From: Octopus vulgaris
Lineage: Eukaryota
Assembly: GCA_951406725.2 (NCBI GenBank)
Contig: OX597814.1
Coordinates: 57,660,001 to 57,724,000, forward strand
Reading direction: 5' to 3'
DNA length: 64,000 nucleotides
Numbering within the stretch: the stretch's first letter is position 1; every line of letters begins with the position of its first letter. A model generated the notes under the pieces. The model worked only from the letters and a program-made list of their open reading frames with translations, was not told the origin of the DNA and ran no database searches. Position numbers and translations under genes: made by a program. Below are positions 53,730 to 64,000 of this stretch, one piece after another.

Positions 53730-54959
53730 ATGACTAACTTGCAGGCCTGCAACAGACGAAATTGGTCTGATAACGAAATTGATGTTTTAATAAACACATG
53801 GCTCTCTCTTTCCCAAACAGAAAATCTAAATGTCTTGTGTTTGAATGAGATTGCCGAAAAAACATCACAAGTGGTCAACACACGATCCGTCAAACAGATT
53901 CGTAGCAAGTTGAAACATATCGAAGTATCTTTCAAACTGATAAGAGGCCATTATGAAAAGCTTCTACATATTTTCACAGTTCAAGAACAACAACAGCTAG
54001 AAAATCAGCAGCCACAACAACAACAACAACAGAATGAGCCACTCCTGGTTCCCAACACAATGGCTGACCCTGACATCGGTCAGGCACAACAACAACAACA
54101 ACAGCCACAGCAACAAGAACAACAACAGCCACTCCTCAACTCTAGCTTACTAGACGATTCACTAAATGCCAGTATCTTTTCACCGCTCTCACAGCAACCA
54201 CCACAATTATCATCATCATCATCACCACCGCTGCCACCATCGTCTTCTATCACCAAAAATACCAACAGAAAACCAAATAAGAAACCACTGCCCTCTTCCC
54301 CCACATCACCACCTCAATACTACTGCAGTAACAAAAACTTAAAGAAACATAGGAAGCAGAATGCGCCCCCCACGGCACAAACAAGAAATCCCCAAATATG
54401 CCGCTATTCACTGCGCCAGAGACTCTGCACAAATAGTGACTGCATCTTCACGCATCTACCCGGCACTAGACGCACTACTGGCCAAGGCCAAAGCACGCAT
54501 CCCACAATAACATCAACACCACCAAATAGTAAATCGAAATTCAAAACACACACAACTCGGAGTCCCAAAATCTGCCGGTATTCCCAACGTGAGAGAACAT
54601 GTCTACTGAGTGACTGTCCCTTCACTCATCTTCCAGGGACCCGACGCACAAACAGAAACGGGGCCTCAAGCCAACACACAAACCTGAATAACAATAAAAA
54701 TAGAAACACACCATGCTGCAGTAATGCTGGTCCAGTCTTTTCAGGAAGACACAAAAACAACAACAACAAAAGTGGAAACTACAACCCTATCCAACAGTGC
54801 AACCACACCTCCAGCCAAAAACTGCTCCCTAAGCAGGAAAATTCTTTTTTAGCCATGTTGAACATGGCAAAAGAGATACACAAAAACATTCTAGCCATCA
54901 CTCAACACCATCCTATGCTATTACCCCAGTGCACCAATTCCCCACATTGCTGCCACTAA
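53730..54959 (+). CDS. LINE ORF1: Myb/SANT-like N-terminus, Gln/Pro-rich linker, two CCCH zinc fingers (409 aa)
   Basis: RRNWSDNEIDVLINTW...IAEK...RSVKQIRSKLKHI; two copies of C-x8-C-x4-C-x3-H at 54399-54455 and 54573-54629. Confidence 0.85.
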   Translation: MTNLQACNRRNWSDNEIDVLINTWLSLSQTENLNVLCLNEIAEKTSQVVNTRSVKQIRSKLKHIEVSFKLIRGHYEKLLHIFTVQEQQQLENQQPQQQQQQNEPLLVPNTMADPDIGQAQQQQQQPQQQEQQQPLLNSSLLDDSLNASIFSPLSQQPPQLSSSSSPPLPPSSSITKNTNRKPNKKPLPSSPTSPPQYYCSNKNLKKHRKQNAPPTAQTRNPQICRYSLRQRLCTNSDCIFTHLPGTRRTTGQGQSTHPTITSTPPNSKSKFKTHTTRSPKICRYSQRERTCLLSDCPFTHLPGTRRTNRNGASSQHTNLNNNKNRNTPCCSNAGPVFSGRHKNNNNKSGNYNPIQQCNHTSSQKLLPKQENSFLAMLNMAKEIHKNILAITQHHPMLLPQCTNSPHCCH

Positions 54960-57900
54960 CACACACAAAAAATCCAAGCCCCCTGCAACAGTCAAAACCA
55001 GCCACTACACTAACCTCCACATTCCTACTCAATGCACAAGGTGTCAGCCCTTCCATCAATGCACAAAAATGGAAGGTCCAATTCATTGAAGACTGGGTTG
55101 GTAACCATTCACACCACATCCCTTTCTTCATTCTCACTGAGACCCACCTTGACAACTCCCACTTGGAAGCCGAAGTGAGAGTGAAGAATTTCACAACCAT
55201 CCGCGCGGATCGTATCGGCAGGAGGAAGGGTGGAACTGCCATTTTCCTGCATGATTCATTTACGGCAGATGGAAATAGTATATTCTCCAACGGCTACTGT
55301 GAATCAGTCACCGTGCACAACAAAGCCAATGATCTGACAGTAATTGGGCTCTATAGGCCGCCCCAAACACCCATACTGTGCTTTAAAGAATGCCTCAACA
55401 GCATTAAGTGCTTTATTCAACAGTGCCATTCTAGCAACATACTCATGATGGGAGACTTCAATCTACCCTGTGTTGACTGGACTACAAACTGTTTGAAACC
55501 AAGCACTCCCGCCTCAACCGCTGACAAAGAAGCAGCAGAGTCACTTTTCGACTTTACGAATGAGTTTTTCTTGTCCCAACTTGTCCTTGCACCAACAAGA
55601 CATCAGAACATTTTGGACCTAGTGTTTAGTAACCACACTAACACTATACATAACGTTACAGTGGAAAAAACCCTTCTTTCAGACCATGACATGGTTCTCT
55701 GTAACATGAAATTCCACCAGCCGAAAGCTAATCCTAGTGACCTTCCTCCAGCCCACCCATTTGACAACATGGATCTCCATAAAGCCAACTGGGATGCAAT
55801 CAGGAACGAGCTATCAAATGTTGACTGGTCCTTTACACATACACACATCTCCACCAACCATAAAACATCTTGGCAGATCTTTGTAGACACCGTCACAGAC
55901 ATATGTGCAAAACACTCCCCACCAAGACCTGTGAACAAAAAGTGCAGAATCCCCCAAAACAGAAAAACCATTATCAGAAAAATAAAAAGAACAAACAAAA
56001 AAATTAACAAACTAAAGTACTGCCAACAGCAACACACACATTCGACGGCTATCGCACTGCTTGAATCCAAAAAATATAACCTCCAACAATGCATGAAGTC
56101 CCTCATCAATAACCAAAGATCAGCTGAGGAGAAGTGGGCCATTGAAAAAATCAAACTCAACCCCAAAGTGTTCTTTTCATTTGCGAGGAAACGCAGGGTC
56201 ACTGTCTCCACTGTAGGCCCTCTAATTGACGAAACTGGCACTCTCCAAGATAATGCCAAATCCATGGCCGAGATACTGCAGAAACAATACTGCTCTGTTT
56301 TCAGCAATCCTGATATGGCCGATCTGGGCTGTATCAGTGATGTCAACCCCCAACACACTATATCGGACATAACGTTTAGTGCCCCTGATGTCTTAGCGGC
56401 GATAAACGAAATAAAACACAATTCAGCAGTAGGCCCCGATAGGTTCCCTGCTTGTGTCCTGAAGGTGTGTCGACACCAACTTGCATCTCCCCTTGCTAAT
56501 CTGTGGAGAAACTCACTGGATGCTGGCTATATTCCAAAAAACCTTCTGTCCCAGTCTGTTGTCCCAGTTTTCAAAAAGGGAAACAAGTCCCTTGCAGTGA
56601 ATTACCGTCCGATCTCACTCACCTCTCATATCATCAAGGTATTTGAGAGGGTGGTGAGATCTCAAATAACCCAATTTCTGGAAAGCAACAGACGGCTGAT
56701 CTCCAACCAACATGGGTTCCGTAATGGAAGGGACTGCCTAACGCAGCTCCTGCATCACTTTGAGGACATTTTGAGAGCTTTGGGAGAGGGCTCCAACACC
56801 GATGTCATCTACCTTGATTTCAGTAAGGCCTTCGACAGGGTCGATCACAAGATCCTATTGAAAAAACTATCCAACATTGGTGTCTCTGGAAAGTTACTGA
56901 AATGGATTAAGTGTTTCCTGACAGACAGATCTCAACATGTTGTAGTTGAAGGGGTAAAATCAAGCCCAGCCAAAGTCAGTAGTGGCGTTCCGCAAGGCAC
57001 TGTGCTGGGCCCACTTCTTTTCATCATTTACATTAATGACATTAATGACATCATCAAGCACAGCAACATAAAAATCTTTGCAGATGACTCCAAGCTACAG
57101 AAGGTCATAAATGAGGCGAGTGACCGGACATGCCTTCAGTCAGATCTACTGGCTGTTATCCAATGGGCAGAAAAAAACAATATGCTGCTGAACGAGGATA
57201 AATTTGAGCTAATCCACTTTGGAAAAGAGGATGCCCTGAAACTCCCATACTCCCTTCCTTCAGGTGAAACTCTCGCGGCGTCCAACAACATCAGAGACTT
57301 GGGAGTAATTGTGGACAACAACGTAAGCTGGGCCACTCATATAAACACCAAAGTTGACATGGCCCGCAGAATGTGTTCCTGGATTCTCAGAACTTTCCAG
57401 TCGAGAGATATCCACACCATTATCCTTCTCTTCTCCACTTTTGCCCGACCCCACCTTGAATACTGTTGTCCACTGTGGTCTCCCCACACAATACAAGGTA
57501 TCAAAAAAGTCGAAGCACCTCAAAGGGCAATCACAAAAAAGATAGATGGCATGACAGGCCTCGACTATTGGGGTCGACTAGAAAAGCTAAAACTCTATTC
57601 TCTCCAACGTCGTCGTGAGCGCTACATCATCTGCATGATGTGGAAAATATTCCATCAGCATTGCCCAAATGATGTTGGCATCACCTTTAAGGTACATCCA
57701 AGGCTTGGGCCCCGTGCCATCCGCCCAAAACAAAAATCGCACTCTCATCTCATAACAACAATACGGCACAATTATTTCACCTCAATTGGCCCCGCTCTCT
57801 TTAACATTACACCAAAACACATTAAAACAGAAACTGACCCTATAGGGTTCAAGAAGTCTTTGGACAGATTCCTTCAAGAAATCCCGGATAAACCCCCTAC

Positions 57901-57964
57901 ACCCGGATATGTCTCTGTAAACAATAACTCTCTACTTGAGTGGGCCATAGTGCCCAAATTCTGA
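54929..57964 (+). CDS. LINE ORF2: APE endonuclease + reverse transcriptase (start uncertain, no AUG)
   Basis: APE motifs NAQG, TETHL, GLYRPP, MGDFN, LDLVF, SDH; RT motifs YRPISLTS, QHGFR, YLDFSKAFD, GVPQGTVLGPLLF, FADD. The annotated start is GTG; the frame is open from 54833. Confidence 0.95.
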   Translation: MHQFPTLLPLTHTKNPSPLQQSKPATTLTSTFLLNAQGVSPSINAQKWKVQFIEDWVGNHSHHIPFFILTETHLDNSHLEAEVRVKNFTTIRADRIGRRKGGTAIFLHDSFTADGNSIFSNGYCESVTVHNKANDLTVIGLYRPPQTPILCFKECLNSIKCFIQQCHSSNILMMGDFNLPCVDWTTNCLKPSTPASTADKEAAESLFDFTNEFFLSQLVLAPTRHQNILDLVFSNHTNTIHNVTVEKTLLSDHDMVLCNMKFHQPKANPSDLPPAHPFDNMDLHKANWDAIRNELSNVDWSFTHTHISTNHKTSWQIFVDTVTDICAKHSPPRPVNKKCRIPQNRKTIIRKIKRTNKKINKLKYCQQQHTHSTAIALLESKKYNLQQCMKSLINNQRSAEEKWAIEKIKLNPKVFFSFARKRRVTVSTVGPLIDETGTLQDNAKSMAEILQKQYCSVFSNPDMADLGCISDVNPQHTISDITFSAPDVLAAINEIKHNSAVGPDRFPACVLKVCRHQLASPLANLWRNSLDAGYIPKNLLSQSVVPVFKKGNKSLAVNYRPISLTSHIIKVFERVVRSQITQFLESNRRLISNQHGFRNGRDCLTQLLHHFEDILRALGEGSNTDVIYLDFSKAFDRVDHKILLKKLSNIGVSGKLLKWIKCFLTDRSQHVVVEGVKSSPAKVSSGVPQGTVLGPLLFIIYINDINDIIKHSNIKIFADDSKLQKVINEASDRTCLQSDLLAVIQWAEKNNMLLNEDKFELIHFGKEDALKLPYSLPSGETLAASNNIRDLGVIVDNNVSWATHINTKVDMARRMCSWILRTFQSRDIHTIILLFSTFARPHLEYCCPLWSPHTIQGIKKVEAPQRAITKKIDGMTGLDYWGRLEKLKLYSLQRRRERYIICMMWKIFHQHCPNDVGITFKVHPRLGPRAIRPKQKSHSHLITTIRHNYFTSIGPALFNITPKHIKTETDPIGFKKSLDRFLQEIPDKPPTPGYVSVNNNSLLEWAIVPKF

Positions 57965-58046
57965 CTTGAAAGACTTCACCAGGTGGTGCTATTAAGTTAG
58001 ACATGGCCTGGGCCAATAATGGCCGAAACCTATCAAAGTATCAAAG

Positions 58047-58698
<652 letters not shown>

Positions 58699-58701
<3 letters not shown>

Positions 58702-59202
58702 GTAAAAATGCGAGCATGAAAAGTAATATTCTTAAGATTATAAACCCGGAAAAGTACAGGACAAGTGATTACACCTGTAAAAGTATTGGACAAGCTATTA
58801 CTTCTAGTAAAGTAAAGAATAAGAAACTTTTTATTTAAAATATTGCAGCAAAGAATGCCAGTTCTAATTTATCACTCTTTACAAGTCTCATCTTTTAAAT
58901 TTATTGTAGAAAACTGTTCAGCTAATTTGTAAGTTTGTCTAATTAGTCACTTTTTTCTGTATTTAAGGTAGTAAGTTAGCCAAATTCTACTTAAATAAAT
59001 ATAGTGTTATTTGTAAACTATAATAAAATTTTTCATATTCAAATTTTAATTTTAGCTCCAATATTTTAAATAAAAAGTTTCTTCTTTACTTTACTAGAAG
59101 TAATACCTTGTCCTATACTTTTACAGGTGTAATAACTTGTCCTGTACTTTTCCAGGTTTATAATCTTAAGAATATTACTTTTCATCCTCGCATTTTTCCA
59201 TG
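58699..59202. mobile_element. MITE with ~145-bp TIRs, TA-flanked (Tc1/mariner superfamily-like)
   Basis: 58699-58845 is the reverse complement of ~59059-59202 (CAGGTAAAAATGCGAG... / ...CTCGCATTTTTCCATG); TA on both sides. Confidence 0.85.
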
Positions 59203-60174
59203 TAATCCATGATTTTTACAGGCATTGCTGTTATAAGATAATTAATAAAGTGTCAATAATTTAAGATTTTACCTTATAAAATACTGAAAGATAATATTTC
59301 AATTTTTTCATCTTTAACTTAAATATATGTTGCGATTGAATTATTTGATATTACCCGTCCACACCAAATTAATGACAGGGATTTTTACCATGTTGTTGGT
59401 TGCACCATAGTTCACCAAAAGTTACAAATAAAAATACCCCAAAACCATCAGTTACCAGGCTCACCTTAAATAACCTAATTTTGCAATATTAGGAGATCAC
59501 AGGAATTCATTCAACGAAAAACAAAAAAATTCCAATGATTCCGGGATTGTGGGGGAGTCTCCCTGCTCCCCCATTTTCCCGAACCAAATAGGGGACTTGC
59601 AGCATATTAGGAGGTCAGGGTACTTGATTCCACTCAAAAATCCAGTTTTTTTAATTTTTTTCTTTGTGATATATAGAATATTTACCATAATGTTGTTATT
59701 TAGCCTCAAATCAACCCTGATGCTGCAAACGTATCATCAAAGACATTCCAGCCTTCAACAAACCGTCTTTTCGGGATAATCTAGGACATTACGTACAATG
59801 GGCGTGTGATTTAGGTAGGGGGATACTTTGGCTGCTATTGTTAACGTGTAGAGTGACCAGGTTGAGATTCTTCCATTGGTTCGATTGCGTGATGAGATAT
59901 ATTTTACACATATATGTAATATATATATCATCGGCAGAAGCTAGAGGTTAAGTCAAAAGCTGAGAGTTTCACGTATTGGCACTTATCAAACACGAATTTG
60001 TCTATTGTCGCTCTGTAACTTCTGACGAAATAAATCTAAATTACAAAATTTTGTCAAAAACGTTAAGAGTAAACCTTGTTGTATGTGATACATTCTACCA
60101 GTATCGGAAGTTTCAAAGTTAAAAAAGTTTAAAAAAAAATTAAATAATCTGTACGTCAAATTGAATAGATCCGA

Positions 60175-60290
60175 AATAGATAAAAGGAAAAGTCGACCTC
60201 TGCGGAATTTGAACCCAGAAAGTAAAGACAGACAGAATACCGAGAAGCATTTCGCCCACTGCGCTAACATTTTCGCTAGTTCGCTGCATT
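60175..60290 (-). mobile_element. SINE family A, partial
   Basis: AAAAGTCGACCTCTGCGGAATTTGAACCCAGAA..GCATTTCGCCC..GCTAAC. Confidence 0.7.
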
Positions 60291-60779
60291 AGAATGTAAA
60301 CATTCATTTTAGAAATATATTCTCATTGCTTAGGGCGTTACTCCCTTACTTATTTTCCATTTCATGACATTTTAACACATAGCACTTTTCTACTGATTTT
60401 TGTCGAATGCGACTAACGATTCTGAATTCCTTCTGCATTTTTCTATTATTTAAGCCTAAGTAAAGTATACTTTTATTTTAAAATTTAAAAAATGTATGTT
60501 AATTGAAGATGAATACCCGTCTTACAGCCCACCTTGAGGTCTCACATATTTTGATGTAACTTTTTTTTCTACTGAACCAAATCTCAAACTATTTATACCA
60601 AAGTATAGCTGAGGAGGTGTCCTCTTTAAAACTATTAACAGTTTGCAAGTTAGTTAAGCACTGAATTAGTGGTGAGGTTTGGACGTTGCTGAGATTAACG
60701 AAATTGTGGACTTAAAAATATATTCAACCACTACCGTGGTTAAATGATATACGTGTATATGTATGCGTGTACATATATG

Positions 60780-60839
<60 letters not shown>

Positions 60840-60964
60840 CATACATACACACACACACATATATATATATATATTATATATATCATTGTATGATTCAGCA
60901 CTACGCATCGATTTCCAAGGAAGTTTATCTTTCTATCTATCTATCTCTTTATATATATCTTTTA

Positions 60965-61176
60965 TCTTTAACTTGTTTCAGTCAATAGACTGTCGCCATT
61001 TCTGGGGCACCACATTGAGGGGTTTTAGTCGAACAAATCGACCCTAGGAATATCTTCTTTTAAGCCTAGTACTTATTCTATTGTCTCTTTACCGAACCGC
61101 AAAGTTATGGGAACATGTCAAGCGATGATGGGTAAACTAACACAGGTACAAAGACACGGACACACACACTCACACC

Positions 61177-61229
<53 letters not shown>

Positions 61230-61370
61230 TACGGCGGGCTTCCAGTTTCCGTCTAACAAGTCCACAAATTCACTCACAAGGCTTTCTTCAGTCCGGGACT
61301 ATAAAAGAAAGTGTCACGCAGTGGGACTGAACCCGGAACAACGTGGCTTCTTACCACCCACACAGCCACC
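60965..61370 (-). mobile_element. SINE family B, diverged
   Basis: Reverse-complement match to family B head and tail. Confidence 0.75.
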
Positions 61371-61855
61371 TATATCTATCTATCTATCTATCTATTTTTC
61401 TATCTAGCTATCTGACGTTACACCATAACTGCTGTGTATACGTGTGATGGTATTTAGTGATTGGCATATGTTTTATAGCGTCCGTGTATGTGTGTGTATA
61501 TATAATATATGTATGTATATGTGTATATATGTGTATGCATATATATATATGTATATATGTGTGTGTATGTATATATGTGTATATATATATGTGTATGTAT
61601 GTATATATATGTATATATATATGTATGTATGTATATATGTATATATATATATGTGTATGTATGTATATGTGTGCGTGTATTTAAAAAAAAAAATTTTTGT
61701 TCTTTTCTTCCCTTTTACGATCCCTCTTGATCGAAAACCTACGCCACCCCTTTTTTTTGTTTCTTTTGTTTTTTGTTTTTTCATCCCCCAAAAGAAAAGC
61801 TCTACCTTGTAACTTGTCCCGTCTGTGTGCAGCCCTGTGTGGCCAATAAAGAAAC

Positions 61856-61886
<31 letters not shown>

Positions 61887-61887
61887 C

Positions 61888-61955
<68 letters not shown>

Positions 61956-62473
61956 TGATATATATATATATATATGAAAAATAATGATAAGTTATATACA
62001 TAGATATTTGTTTGAATGAAGCAAGTTTTATTTTAACATTGAATGTAAACGTTTTTTCAAATAGGAAATTATAAATATGTTTTCACTTAAAAATTCTCCT
62101 ATATCACTTTTACTCTGAAAGTATTAGTGTGTGTTTTCACAACATTTTTTAACATACAAGAGAAGACAGAGAGAGAAAAGGGGAGAGTAAAATAGAAAGC
62201 GAGAAAGAGAGAAAGAGAGAGTGTGTGAAAATATTCCAATTACTGAAAAATTCTTGTATGGAAAAAGTTTTACGCAAGAAATTTTGGCGAGCGTTGAAGT
62301 AGGTTTTGCAGAGGAAGAAACATCAATTTTAGGAAGAAAAAAATCACATGTACGCACTGGTGCCGGTTTTCACTGTCATTCATCTATTAAAGTTCAAAGC
62401 GTGATGTTTCGATGCATTCAATGCATATATATACCTTTACATGTATATATATATACGCACACACGCATTTACT

Positions 62474-62529
<56 letters not shown>

Positions 62530-62850
62530 ATCTACATATAGACATTAACTGGCGCTCTATCGGTTATGATGGTGTATGTTTCGGTCGATAAGATCAACAG
62601 TCCATTCGGCAAATTAACGTGCAATAGCTGAGCACTCTCCGAACACGCAGAACTTCGGGGAGATTTAGAGTGACTCAGAGTGGGACAAGGTTGGCCCTTT
62701 GAATTGCAGATACACCTCAGTTTAGGCAGCTGAATAAACTGATGTAACATGAAACTTACAGTCTTATGGAAGGACACAGCCTGCTGCCAAGAATCGGCCT
62801 TATAATGTTACAATCGTTAGCCAAATATCCTAAACATTAAGGCACGCGCC

Positions 62851-62920
<70 letters not shown>

Positions 62921-62934
62921 AACACACATGCATA

Positions 62935-63335
62935 TACATTTTACTCCAGTCAATTGACCGCTACCATGCTGGGACACTGCCTTGAAGGGTTTTAGCCGAA
63001 AAAGTTTGCTCCAGGACATATTTTCTTAAATAGTCTCGTACTTATATCGACCACTTTTGCCGAACTGCGAATTTACAAGGACTTAAACTACTTGACCGTT
63101 TGGTGAGTGGCAATAGGGACAAACATAGACCCAAACACGCGCGCGCGCACACACACACACACACATTCACACACACGATGGGCTTCTTTCAGTTTTCCTC
63201 CAAATCCAGTCACAAGGTTTTGGCCGGCTCGTGGCTATAGTGGAAGGCAGTCGCCCAAGTTGCCATGCAATGGGACTGAACCCGGAAGCGTGTGTTTCGG
63301 AAGCAAGCTTCTCATAATGCAACCACGCCTGCACC
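62935..63335 (-). mobile_element. SINE family B, diverged
   Basis: GGGCTTCTTTCAGTTTT..GGGACTGAACCCGGAA head and tail remnants. Confidence 0.7.
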
Positions 63336-63339
63336 TGTG

Positions 63340-63380
<41 letters not shown>

Positions 63381-64000
63381 GCATATATGTTGAAGCATGC
63401 GCTTTGGCTGGACGTTCATTTTACTGAAAGTGAACGGTGAATCAGAGAGAAAACGTTATACGTCATACTTTCGCCACGAAGTTTTCAACTTTTCGCACTA
63501 GCATTTTTGTAACATATTCTCGTTATTAAATGAATGTTTAGTTTAATACACTTTGACAGTTTACGATCTGTTTTCACGCCCTCTCATTCTACAGAATTAC
63601 TCACGCATGTAATATACATGTTTCCATTTTGTAACCTCAAACGCTTTTTCAGGATGGAAATGTAAAGGTTTTCGTAGAGGGAATTTATCTACATATTATA
63701 TCTATGAGAACACGAGCTATCCCCCTACATGCTGCAGATGTGATGTATGTGTTGTTCATTGTTTCTATTCTATGGAAAGAAAATGAGGTTAAAGGTGTCA
63801 TCTGAAACCTGAGAGCTATGTTGAATGATAAATCTGAAGGTGGAATATTTTTCAGACTCAAGTCAATTCCAATAATAAAACAACAATGTTTCTATTAAGA
63901 TTTAGATATTTTGAGAGAGGATATGAAATAATTCTTACCGTTTTCTGGAATGGTGTAACTCGAATCAGATAAAGCAATGAATAATATATTGTAACTATTT

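Noticed and set aside
53536-53744. Possible intron in the LINE 5' region (GTAAGT donor; TGACTAAC-TTGCAG acceptor)
   Set aside because: The branch-to-AG distance is too short, there is no pyrimidine tract, and splicing would remove the ORF1 ATG.
55603-56421. 272-aa antisense ORF within LINE ORF2
   Set aside because: A shadow ORF explained by sense-strand codon bias; no motifs.

Overview
AT-rich, microsatellite-saturated eukaryotic non-coding DNA. The SINE families and the density of (TA)n/(CA)n/(TATC)n suggest an octopus/coleoid cephalopod genome (inference). I found no host gene exon; most ORFs in the track are microsatellite artefacts. The window is dominated by transposable elements: an apparently full-length, intact two-ORF CR1/L2-group LINE (53407-58048) embedded in (TA)n, a 5'-truncated relative of it, R4/Dong-like RLE retroelement fragments in a (TAA)n array, a decayed Tx1/L1-like LINE, mariner, Tc1 and Chapaev3-like remnants, two MITEs and many tRNA-derived SINEs. 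Two observations stand out. (1) At least six hammerhead ribozyme motifs share an unusually long (~45-60 nt) stem II. Three sit in related ~450-590 bp (TA)n-associated non-coding units showing terminal direct repeats or permutation, and two form a head-to-head foldback (retrozyme/Penelope-like). (2) The intact LINE has a Myb/SANT-like + 2x CCCH ORF1. Its ORF2 has no usable AUG and is preceded by an in-phase U_UUU_UUA slippery site. All alignments and folds were done by eye and need computational confirmation.
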